From Octopus sinensis (lineage: Eukaryota): DNA of 64,000 bases. Below are positions 1-10,855 of this stretch, in pieces. Under the pieces are notes generated by a model, which saw nothing but the letters and a program-made list of their open reading frames with translations, made no database searches and was not told the DNA's origin. Location of the stretch: contig NC_043012.1 in the NCBI RefSeq assembly GCF_006345805.1, forward strand, positions 22,320,001 to 22,384,000, read 5' to 3'. How positions within the stretch are numbered: position 1 is the first letter of the stretch; each line of letters begins with the position of its first letter. Position numbers and translations under genes: made by a program.

Positions 1-3000
1 AGAGTGGACCTGGATGAGTGGCGACGGAAGGTTCAAGTCTTATCTAGACAGGATAGTGATAAGAACTAGAGATAAGTCTAGTTTTAGTTTTAGCTCGTCC
101 AGGTGCCCTATACTGACCATAGAATGGTCACGTGTAGACTGGACATAGATAGCACACTTAAGATAGGAACCGGCTACTGGAAGCTGAACAAGTCTATTTT
201 GACTCGCGAGGCATACCGTAGCCGGATTAAGGAGTTAGTGCAGAGGGCGTTAACCGGAGCCGTGGTTAATAACCGGTGGTGGTTCGCCCTCAAAAGAGCC
301 ATTCGATTCGAGTCCATTAGATTTAGTAAACAACTAAGACTAGATAGGGCTAGAATTGAAGGGCAACTAGTTAAGAACTTAGAGGAGGCGTTGAGGTTGG
401 GCTCTGCATCTCACATTTTAGCGGCGAGAACGGCATTAGACCGTCACCTCAAAACCAAACATGAGGGATGTAGAGTTCGGGCTAAAGTACGAGCATTGGG
501 CCGTGAGGGAATTAATGTTGCCGGATGGGCCCGTACGATAGAAACACAGCGTGGCAACGATGCCACAATTGGGTCTCTTGTTGATGAAAACGGATGCACG
601 ATCAAGAAGCGGGACGAGATGTGTGAGGCACTTCACAAGCACTTCGCCGAGTTGTTCGGGAGGTGCGGGACGCTGGATCATGTTGAAGCCCTTAGGGACT
701 TCCTGTCTGGTGGCCCGCGCCTCTCGACACAAGAGGCTGAGTGCTGTGAAGGGCCAATCACAGCCGAAGAAGTAATCGAGGTGTTGGGCAAGTGCCGCGG
801 GGAGAAGTCGCCGGGTCTCGATGGTCTGCCCTATGAATTTTATAAAAGTATGCCAGACTTGTTCGGGCACCTGCTGGCTAGCGTCTACGCCAACTGGCAG
901 CAGAATGGGAGAATTCCCAAGTCTGCGAGCCGGGGGGCGGTGACGTTGATCAGGAAGGACCCGAACAAGGGGGACGAAACTTCAGGCCCATAACTCTGTT
1001 GAACACAGAGTTAAAGATTCTGGCCAAGGTGCTAGCAAAAAGGTTGGCGCGGGTCGTGGACAAACGTGTCGGGGAAGCGCAAACGTGCGCTATCCCTGGC
1101 AGAACGATCTACGACAATCTCCACCTTATACGCTACTCCTTAGAGAGGGTGGGGAAGCTTTCTGGCGCAGGGGGAGCACTGGTACATTTAGACCAGTCCA
1201 AAGCATTTGATAGGGTCGACCATCAGTACTTGGCGGCGGTCCTCGGTGAGGCTGGCCTAGGCCCGACCTTTCGAGGTTGGATCGCTGCTTTGTATAGCGA
1301 CATCGAGTCTGTAGTCAAGGTGAACGGTTTCTTTTCGAAGCCGTTCAGGATCAAGCGTTCAGTTCGTCAAGGGTGTCCCTTGTCCTCGCTCCTATACGTA
1401 TTGGCTCTTGAGCCTTTGCTGCGGAAGTTGGAGGCACTAGGGGGCGCCCCGCATGATCTATGGTGTGGAAGAGGAGCTACGGCGTATGCGGATGACACCT
1501 CCATCATCGTGGCAGACGAAGGCCAGCTTCCAGTGGTGGAAGAGGTCATCAAAAGCTACGAGGCGGTCGCAGGATCAAAGGTTAACAAGGACAAGTCGGT
1601 CGGTTTGCAACTCGGCACCTGGAGGGGCAAGCCGATGCCGTCCAATAACGTCGTAGGGCGTTGGACGGAAGGTCCTGTTAAGCTGCTCGGAGTCTAGTTC
1701 GGGCCAGACCTCCAGATTGAGAAAAATTGGAGTGAGGTGGCCAACAAAGTGACCGCTCTAACCCAGACCTGGTCTGGGCGGGCGTTATCCCTGCTAGGAA
1801 AGGCGGAGGTGGTGCAGATGTTTATAGCATCAGTAATCACCTACCGTCTGACCGTGGTGCCTTGCCCCGATTTGTGGCTGAACAAGTTGGAGAGAATCCT
1901 TTTCCGATTTTTGTGGAAAGGAGGAAAGCCACTTGTAAAGCGCTCTGTCTGCTGCCAGAAACCGCTAAAGGGTGGGCTAGGGATGCCTTGGCTGAGGATG
2001 CGAAAACTCGCGTTAAGGTTGAGGCACCTCTGGCTTTACCTGGATGGAGAGCAGGTGTGGTCACCGCACGTCCGGTTCTACCTTCCCCAGTTAACATCCC
2101 TAACGGACATCGGTGCATGGATCAAGCGGAGACCTAAACTGAGTGAATGGCATTTGGAGTGCCGTCAGGCGCTCCAGCTACTCTCTCGGGTGGGCAACGC
2201 CGGCAACAGGAGTTCCACCACGGATTTCTATAGCGGGTTAGTGAAGGTTAAGTCCGATGACGCCTTGGGGGAGACCCTGGGCTACGATGAAAATCAGTTG
2301 GTCAACCTGTTCCGGAGGACGTTCGGGCCGGGGTATCTGGATAATTACCAGAAATCCCTGGCCTGGCAGTGTTTCCGTGCGGCTTTACCTGTTCGCGACA
2401 AGCTGTCAAGGCACGGTAGTGCCGTCTCGCCGACATGCCCGCGATGTGAGCAGGATAGGGAGACCGTATTGCACGCATTCGTGGAGTGTCCGGAGTTATC
2501 GGGACTGATAGCTTTTGCTGAACAACTGTTGTCAGTGATGGGAAGAGTACAGCTATCAGCTGAGTCTATCATCGAGATTGTGCCGCCTCCTTTCCTTAAC
2601 AGGGAAAGAAAGGCTTGTTTTTTCTGTGTAGTAGCCATACTGAAAAACAGTTTGGAAGACGCGTACGAAAGGTATAGTGACAGGCACCTTTGTCTCCGGC
2701 CAGGGGTTGATTAACTTTTTTAGTTACCACCTCAGTAGCAAAATCAGGCTGGAGAAGAGGTGTCTGTCACGAGATATGTTTGTGAAAAGATGGAAGCCTG
2801 TGGCATGCAAGTTGGGTATGTTTGGCACCAGGTAAGTGTGACCGGATCAGAAAGTAAAGGTTCTACCCGGATGGCTGGGTGTCCGTCCTTCAACATGATC
2901 ATTAATAATATTTTTAAACATTGTCTTCGTAAAACTCATTGTTTATAATCTTATCCGTAATTTCATTCGAAAATTTTAACTGTGTTAAGCTACTTCACCC

Positions 3001-3068
3001 TTTATATTTGTCTGTCCTTGTTTGTCCTCTCTTTGTAAATGCCTAAATGGCAAATTATATGAAATAAA
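1..3068 (+). mobile_element. Tx1-like (L1 clade) non-LTR retrotransposon, 5' part outside window
   Basis: GC/CpG-rich block encoding APE C-terminus, RT and zinc finger; 3' UTR 2836-3068 ends in AATAAA (3063-3068). Confidence 0.9.
2..2835 (+). pseudogene. Disrupted ORF2 (endonuclease end, reverse transcriptase, CCHC zinc finger)
   Basis: Motifs YLDRI, TDHRMV, GYWKLN, KSPGLDGLPYEFY, LDQSKAFDRVDH, RQGCPLS, AYADD, CPRC..ETVLHAFVEC. Frameshifts near 100, 980 and 2645; TGG>TAG at 1695; natural stop TAA 2833-2835. Confidence 0.9.
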
Positions 3069-3445
3069 GTAGCTTGCTAACCAACCACATGGTTCCGGGT
3101 TCAGTCCCACTGCGTGGCACCTTGGGAAAGTGTCTTCTACTATAGCCTCGGGACGACCAAAACCTTGTGAGTGGATTTGGTAGACGGAAACTGAAAGAAG
3201 CCCGTCGTATATGTATATATATATGTGCGTGTATGTTTGTGTGTCTGTGTTTGTCCCCCTAGCATTGCTTGACAACCGATGCTGGTGTGTTTGTGTCCCC
3301 GTCACTTAGCGATTCGGCAAAAGAGAGGCCGATAGAATAAGTTTTGGGCTTACAAAGAATAAGTCCCGGGGTCGAGTTTCTCGATTAAAGGCGGAGCTCC
3401 AGCTGCAGTCAAATGACTGAAACAAGTAAAAGAGAGAAAAAGAGA
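3067..3445 (+). mobile_element. tRNA-derived SINE family A, head truncated at the Tx1 junction
   Basis: B-box GGTTCAGTCC, body CTTGTGAGTGGATTTGGTAGACGGAAACTGAAAGAAGCC, tail CAGTCAAATGACTGAAACAAG; starts mid D-loop compared with full copies at 26618 and 49002. Confidence 0.85.
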
Positions 3446-3466
3446 ATATTATATATATATTACATA

Positions 3467-4362
3467 CTAGCAGTATCGCCCGGCGTTGCTCGGGTTTGTA
3501 AGGGAAATAACTATAAAGCATTTTTAGAGAGTTATAGCCACAAAATAGCAAAAAAATGCATTAAAAATGGAAAAACAATTATAGTAATTTTTTTTTAAAT
3601 CGTTGACTCATCGTAGACATTTTTTGAGAGTTACTTCCCTTATATAATAGCATTAAAATGGAAAAATGATGGTAAATTATTTTTAAAATCGTAGACTCAT
3701 CGTAGACGCGCGCTAATACCCAGAAGGGCTCGATATGAATCACGACTATAAGATACCCGGTTTTGGTTACACTGCACCGCAAAATGTGGGAGTAGTTAGG
3801 AATCTAAATCGTAGGAGACAGACACACAACTTCACTTTTATATATAAAGATTTGTGCAACAACTAAAACATTCGGTTGTGCAAATTGTTTGCACAGGAAA
3901 CCTGCCCTGTGTGGCGGTTTTTGCCATTTTTGTGGATCTGTTTCAGCTTTTTTAGCGATTTCTGTTTTGGCGACTTCAAGCCATGAAGTCGTTGTTCTAA
4001 AAGAACGCTGGTCTCCTTGACAACGCTTTACGACGTTGATTTCCTTACATTCCCTTCCCCAAAGCTTCACGAGGGAGGGAAGAAGGGGGAGAAGCAAAAC
4101 AGGTGCAGGTGTGACCATGGACGCCAACTCCGCCGCCATCGACACACGAAAAAATATGCGTTAAGATGGAAAAAAATTATGGTAAACTATTTTTAAAATC
4201 GTAGACTCATCGTAGATGCGCGCTAATACCCAGACGGGCTCGATATGAATCACGACTAAGATACCCGAATTTGGTTAAACTGCACCGCAAAATGTGGGAG
4301 TAGTTAGGAATCTAAATCGTAGGAGACAGACACTCACACAACTTCACTTTTATATATATAGA
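3467..4362 (-). mobile_element. Non-autonomous Helitron copy 1 with two 5' termini
   Basis: Minus strand: A|TC 5' ends at 4362 and 3850; hairpin 3479-3494 followed 8 nt later by CTAG|T at 3470-3467. Confidence 0.8.
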
Positions 4363-4366
4363 TATA

Positions 4367-5191
4367 TTAGCAGTATCGCCCGGCGTTGCTCGGGTTTGTA
4401 AGGGAAATAACTATATAAGCATTTTTAGTGAGTTATAGCAAAAAAATAGCAAAAAATGCATTAAAAATGGAATAAAAAATGATGGTAATTTTTTTTAATC
4501 GTTGACTCATTGTAGACATTTTTAGAGAGTTACTTCCCTTATATAATAGCGAAAAATGCATTAAAATGGAATAAAAAATGATGGTAATTTTTTTTAATCG
4601 TTGACTCATTGTAGACATTTTTAGAGAGTTACTTCCCTTATATAATAGCGAAAAATGCATTAAAATGGAATAAAAAATGATGGTAATTTTTTTTTAATCG
4701 TAGACTTATCGTAGACGCGCGCTAATACCCAGAAGGGCTCGATATGAATCACGACTATAAGATACCCGGTTTTGGTTAAACTGCACCGCAAAATGTGGGA
4801 GTAGTTAGGAATCTAAATCGTAGGAGACAGACACACAACCTTACTTTTATATATAAAGATTTGTGAAACAACTAAAACATTCGGTTGTGCAAATTGTTTG
4901 CACAGGAAACCTGCCCTGTGTGGCGGTTTTTGCCGTTTTTGTGGATCTGTTTCAGCTTTTTTAGCGATTTCTGTTTTGGCGACTTCAAGCCATGAAGTCG
5001 TTGTTCTAAAAGAACGCTGGTCTCCTTGACAACGCATTACGACGATGATTTCATTACACTCCCTTCCCCACAGCTTCACGAGGGAAGAAGGGGGGAAGCA
5101 ACACAGGTGCAGCTGTGAGCGTGGACGCCAACTCCGGCGCCATCGACACACGAAAAAATATGCATTAAAATGGAATAAAAAATGTTAAATT
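4367..5191 (-). mobile_element. Non-autonomous Helitron copy 2, head-to-tail with copy 1, outer 5' end lost
   Basis: Same hairpin plus CTAA|T 3' end, internal 5' end near 4859, same ~300-bp spacer as copy 1. Confidence 0.75.
4451..4716. repeat. ~99-bp tandem repeat, about 2.7 copies, inside Helitron copy 2
   Basis: Units start at about 4451, 4551 and 4650. Confidence 0.85.
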
Positions 5192-5420
5192 ATTTCGCAT
5201 GCGCGAAAGTGCTACTGCGCATGCGCGAAAGTGCTACTGCGCATGCGCGAACGTCTGACTGCGCATGCGCGAAACTGCTACTGCGAATGCGCGAACGTCT
5301 GACTGCGCATGCGTGAACGTGTGACTGCGCATGCGCGAACGTAAAACTGCGCATGCGCGAACATGTGACTGCGCATGCGCGAACGTGTGACTGCGCATAC
5401 GCGAAAGTGTGACTGCGCAA

Positions 5421-5645
5421 TCACACTTATATAAAAGTGAAGTTGTGTGTCTGTCTCCTACGATTTAGATTCCTAATTACTCCCACATTTTGCGGTGCAG
5501 TTTAACGAAATTCGGGTATCTTATAGTCGTGATTCATATCGAGCCCGTCTGGGTATTAGCGCGCATCTAAGATGAGTCTACGATTTTAAAAAATAATTTA
5601 TCATTATTTTCCATTTCTTCCAATTTTTTCGTGTGTCGATGGCGG
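5421..5645 (+). mobile_element. Helitron 5' terminal segment, array unit 1
   Basis: A|TCACACTTATATAAAAGTGAAG..., reverse complement of the termini at 3850/4362. Confidence 0.8.
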
Positions 5646-5956
5646 CATGCGCGAACGTCTGACTGCGCATGCGCGAACGTATGACTGCGCATGCGCGAAC
5701 ATCTGACTGCGCATGCGCCAAAGTGCTACTGCGCATGCGCGAACGTCGGACTGCGCATGCGCGAACGTCGGACTGCTCATGCGCGAAAGTGCTACTGCGC
5801 ATGCGCAAACGTCTGACCGCGCGTGCGCAATCGTGTGACTGCGCATGCGCGAAACTGCAACTGCGCATGCACGAACGTCTGACTGCGCATGCGCGAACGT
5901 GTAATTGCGCAAGCGCGAACATGTGACTGCGCGTGCGCGAAAGTGTGACTGCGCAA

Positions 5957-6180
5957 TCACACTTATATAAAAGTGAAGTTGTGTGTCTGTCTCCTACGAT
6001 TTAGATTCCTAATTACTCCCACATTTTGCGGTGCAGTTTAACGAAATTCGGGCATCTTATAGTCGTGATTCATATCGAGCCCGTCTGGGTATTAGCGCGC
6101 ATCTAAGATGAGTCTACGATTTAAAAAATAATTTATCATTTTTTTCCATTTCTTCCAAGTTTCTCCTGTGTCGATGGCGG
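5957..6180 (+). mobile_element. Helitron 5' terminal segment, array unit 2
   Basis: Near-identical to 5421-5645. Confidence 0.8.
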
Positions 6181-6555
6181 CATGCGCGAACGTCTGACTG
6201 CGCATGCGCGAACGTATGACTGCGCATGCGCGAACATCTGACTGCGCATGCGCCAAAGTGCTACTGCGCATGCGCGAAAGTCGGACTGCGCATGCGCGAA
6301 CGTCGGACTGCTCATGCGCGAAAGTGCTACTGCGCATGCGCAAACGTCCGACCGCGCGTGCGCAATCGTGACTGCGCATGCGCGAAACTGCAACTGCGCA
6401 TTTGCGAAACTGCAACTGCGCATTTGCGAAACTGCAACTGCGCATTTGCGAAACTGCAACTGCGCATGCGCGAACGTAAAACTGCGCATGCGCGAACGTG
6501 TAATTGCGCAAGCGCGAACATGTGACTGCGCATGCGCGAAAGTGTGACTGCGCAA

Positions 6556-6780
6556 TCACACTTATATAAAAGTGAAGTTGTGTGTCTGTCTCCTACGATT
6601 TAGATTCCTAATTACTCCCACATTTTGCGGTGCAGTTTAACGAAATTCGGGTATCTTATAGTCGTGATTCATATCGAGCCTGTCTGGGTATTAGCGCGCG
6701 TCTTATATGAGTCTACGATTTAAAAAATAATTTATCATTTTTTTCCATTTCTTCCAATTTTTTCGTGTGTCGATGGCGGC
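6556..6780 (+). mobile_element. Helitron 5' terminal segment, array unit 3
   Basis: Near-identical to 5421-5645. Confidence 0.8.
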
Positions 6781-7945
6781 ATTCGCGAACGTCTGACTGC
6801 GCATGCGCGAACGTCTGACTGCGCATGCGCGAACGTATCACTGCGCATGCGCGAACGTATCACTGCGCATGCGCTGTCAGACGTTCGCGCATGTGCAGTC
6901 ATACGTTCGCGCATGCGCAGTCACACGTTCGCGCATGCGCAGTCACACGTTCGCGCATGCGCAGTATAACTTTCGCGCATGCGCAGTCAGACGTTTGCGC
7001 ATGCGCAGTCACGCGTTTGCGCATTCGCGGTCAGACATTTGCGCATGCGCAGTAGCACTTTCGCGCATGCGCAGTCAGACATTCGAGCATGCGCAGTTAG
7101 GCTTTAGCGCATGCGCAGTCACACGTTTGCGCATGCGCAGTAGCACCTTCGCGCAATGGCAGTCAGATGTTCGCGAATGCGCAGTCTTACGTTTGCGCAT
7201 GCGCAGTCACACTTTAACAGAGTTGCAGGTGTGAGCATGGAGGCCAACTCCGCTACCATCGACACACGAAAAACTTGGAAGAAATGGAAAAAAATGATGT
7301 TAAATTATTATTTAAATCGTAGACTCATCTTAGACGTTCGCTAATACACAGCAGTTTCGCGCATGCGCAGTCAGACGTTCGCGCATGTTCAGTCACACGT
7401 TCGCGCATGCGCATTCGCACGTTCGCACATGCGCAGTAGCAGTTTCGCGCATGCGCAGTCAGACGTTCGCGCATGCGCAGTCAGACATTCGCGCATGCGT
7501 AGTGACACTTTCGCGCATGCGCGGTCACTCGCTCGCGCAAGCGCAGTCACATGTTCGCTCATGCGCAGTCACACGTTCGCGCATGCGCAGTCACACGTTC
7601 GCGCATGCGCAGTAGCAGTTACGCGCATACGCAGTCAGACGTTCGCGCATGCAGAGTAGCTGTTTCGCGCATGCGCATACAGACGTTCGCGCATGCGCAT
7701 TCACACGTTCACGCATGCACAGTAGCAGTTTCGCGCATTCGCAGTTAGACGTTCGCGCATGCGCAGTTACACGTTCGCGCATGCGCAGTAGCACATTCGC
7801 GCATGCGCAGTCAAACGTTTTCGCAACCAGACGTTCGCGCATGCTCAGTCACGCGGTCGCGCATGCGCAGAAGCACTTTCGCGCATGCGCAGTCACACGT
7901 TCGCGCATGCGCCGTCACACGTTCGCGCATGCGCAGTCACACTTT

Positions 7946-8240
7946 GCGAGGGAGGGAAGAAGGGGGAGAAGCAACACAGGTGCAGGTGTGAGCGTGGACG
8001 CCAACTCCGCCGCCATGGACACACGAAAAAATTGGAAGAAATGGAAAAAAAATGATGTTAATTTAATTTTAAAATCGTAGACTCATCGTAGACGCGCGCT
8101 AATACCCAGACGGGCTCGATATGAATCACGACTATAAGATACGCGAATTTCGTTAAACTGCACCGCAAAATGTGGGAGTAGTTAGGAATCTAAATCGTAG
8201 GAGACAGACACTCATACAACTTCACTTTTACATATATAGA
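7946..8240 (-). mobile_element. Helitron 5' terminal segment reading into the satellite (partial further copy at 7216-7350)
   Basis: A|TC at 8241/8240 and the same terminal sequence. Confidence 0.8.
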
Positions 8241-8598
8241 TATACATGTACATATCTATACATATACACACACATATATATGTATATGTACGCTTGTGTA
8301 AGCGACTGTGTGTGTATCTATGGGCGTGTGTCTTCTTGTTCCTGTTTGTCCTCGATCACCGCGAGACGATCGGTGATGGATGGTCTGTTTTCGTCACCGT
8401 CATGCAGCGGTTCGGCAAAAAAGGAACGATAGAATAATTACCAGATTTTAAAAGAAGTTTCAGGATCGATTTGTTCGATTAAACCCTTCAATGTGGGGAG
8501 TATACATACACACACACATATGTATACGTGGAAATATTTTTTCTCTATCTATCTAATGTATTCACACACACACACACATATATGTGTATGTGCCTGAT

Positions 8599-8779
8599 AG
8601 ATCGTTAGCTCCTACACGCATTTCTCTCCTTGTTTTTTTCTGTGTATCTTTCTGTCGAAGAGCGTAGGCTCGAAACGTCAAAGACTTTTTCTATTTCTAT
8701 TCCTGAGCGCTATACTAATACATTTGTTTGTTTGTACTTCACCTGCCTTCGTCTTTTGTTTATTTTCGTAAACTTTCCC
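8599..8779 (+). mobile_element. ~185-bp dispersed element with a minimal HHR-like motif (family H1)
   Basis: TCTTT-CTGTCGA-A-GAGC(gtag)GCTC-GAAAC-GTC-AAAGA at 8647-8684; other copies at 26206, 32152, 48628. Confidence 0.7.
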
Positions 8780-8814
8780 ATTGTAGTGAAGTATTTTCAG
8801 TGTCTTCATGTGTA

Positions 8815-9022
8815 TGTGTATTTCGTCTGCCGTTACGTTCTAACAACCGGTGTTGGTTTGTTTACGTCGATGTAACTTAGCGGTTTGGCAAAAAGAGGCG
8901 GTAGAACAAGCACCAAACTTTAAAAATATAAATACTGGGATCGATTCGTTTGACTAAACCTTTCAGGGCAGTGCCCCAGCATGGTCAGAGTCCAATCATT
9001 GACACAATGAAAATGAAAAGGA
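8815..9022 (+). mobile_element. Diverged SINE family A tail (another remnant at 8290-8500)
   Basis: AACTTAGCGGTTTGGCAAAAGAG...CCCCAGCATGG match the family A tail. Confidence 0.6.
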
Positions 9023-9194
9023 ATTACATTTCTCTGCTTTTCTTACTTTGCACTTCACTTTGATCTGTCTCTTTCTCGCTCTCTCTTCTCCTCCTCCTTA
9101 ATTCCTTGTTCCCCTTTTTCTCTCTCTTCTCCCCCTCCTTAATTCCTCTGTCCCTCTTTTCCTCTCTCTTCTCCTCACACGTGACTGACTGACC

Positions 9195-9640
9195 GACTGC
9201 TGGCCTTTCGGGTCTAGCAGTCGTCGCGGCAACACACATTTTTTCTCTCTCTGCCCTAAGGCACATTCCTAACACGCCAGGTCAAGTTTACTCGTCCTGT
9301 CGAAAGTCGCCTGTTTGTGACGTCCTGTTTTTGTTATTATTATTATCATTATTGTTATTACGTATTATTATTATTGTTTTTACGTACTTTTGTATTCATA
9401 TTCGTGTAACATCGTCCGTTTTTCCGTCTTTGTCTTGTATACATTTGAAGCTTTCTTCCAAGGAATCTAATGCGCTTAGCTTAGATTTTCCTTGGGGCTG
9501 GCTAGATTGGCGCAATCTAAATATTAATCAGCCGAAATTGCGAGGATGATCCGGTTCTTGACTGATGATTGAAGGCTTCGAATGTCCCGTCCGTGTTTTT
9601 TTGTATCGCAAAACATTTAGAATGTTTTGCGTTCTTGTCC
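9195..9640. other. Hairpin-rich unclassified element
   Basis: Inverted repeats at 9195-9222, 9458-9495, 9496-9533 (nested) and a perfect 11-bp stem at 9607-9631. Confidence 0.4.
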
Positions 9641-9656
9641 CAGTTTTTATTTTTTT

Positions 9657-9722
<66 letters not shown>

Positions 9723-9757
9723 ATATATAAATAGAGAGATAGATAGAGAGAGAGAGA

Positions 9758-9982
9758 GAGTAGTCCCTCGACTATCGCGGGTGTTACGTTCCAAAACCTC
9801 CCGCGATAGGTGAATATCTACGAAGTAGAAACAGTACTGTGCTGTATATTTTTATAATTATTATTTTTATAATTTGTATATATTTATTTTATTATAAATG
9901 CAAAACAGCACCACGGAGGAATCGGCGTAAGCTTAAACAATAAACCGCGATAAGTGAACCGCGATATGGCGAGAGATTACTG
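9758..9982. mobile_element. Tigger/pogo-type MITE
   Basis: TIRs ..GTAGTCCCTCGACTATCGCGG and CCGCGATATGGCGAGAGATTACTG followed by TA; left tip merged into (GA)n. Confidence 0.7.
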
Positions 9983-10097
9983 TAAATAGGTTTGACAGTT
10001 GTGATAATGTCCCAATGACGATAGTGTTCAGTCAATTATATAAGCATGATTGTGCGTAGTTAAACGGACCCCTCTCCCTCTCTCTCTCTCTCTCTCA

Positions 10098-10145
<48 letters not shown>

Positions 10146-10779
10146 TATATATTCTTTTTATGCATTGCGTATGTCTGTGTGTGTGTGTGTAGATATACAG
10201 ATATAGATCATATAGACTTGCATATTGTCAACGCTGTTGCTTGTTCACATCTACTGTTAAACGAACATCTTGTATTTGCCTTGGTGTTAAAAGGTCAAAC
10301 AACCGCACACAAATAAGTTAATACACACACACACACACACAAATATATATATATATATTTCGCACTGAAACATATATATATGTATATATATATATATACA
10401 AGCAAAAATAATAAAGCGAAAAATTAAACTGAAAAAGAAGTACACATATATATCAAAATAAAGTGAAATATTTGCTAGCATGTTGTTAACAGTTGTTCCT
10501 ATCTGTAAACTCTTATTTTCATCGTATATTTTGCGACATCTTTTGGTAGTTTTACATTATTTTATTTGACATTACTGCATGTTTTATATATAAACAATTT
10601 ATTATTATCATCATTACTTTTTATTTATTTATTTATTTATTTATAAGATTCCTGTGTAAGCTTATATTACCACTATCACCAACTCACTCTATTTCACACA
10701 CACACACACACACACACAAATATATATATAAACCTGTCCTTATAAAATCCCCGTCACCAATCGCCCTTGTGGCAATAAG

Positions 10780-10797
10780 TTATTATTATCATTATTA

Positions 10798-10855
<58 letters not shown>

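Larger units (their letters stand above)
5192..7945. repeat. 22-bp minisatellite ACTGCGCATGCGCGAACGTCTG in five blocks (roughly 85-90 units) separated by Helitron 5' segments
   Basis: Blocks 5192-5420, 5646-5956, 6181-6555, 6781-7215, 7351-7945; ORF translations show a 22-aa (66-nt, 3-unit) period; orientation flips at 6865-6874. Confidence 0.95.

Noticed and set aside
436-2638. Antisense and alternate-frame ORFs within the Tx1 element
   Set aside because: Shadows of a GC-rich RT frame with no independent motifs.
5192-7945. CRISPR-like periodicity (also considered for 18544-18925)
   Set aside because: Units are contiguous with no unique spacers, there are no cas genes, and the context is eukaryotic.
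5190-8080. Many overlapping AHAQS/MRSH-repeat ORFs
   Set aside because: Translations of a stop-poor 22-bp satellite, open in several frames on both strands.
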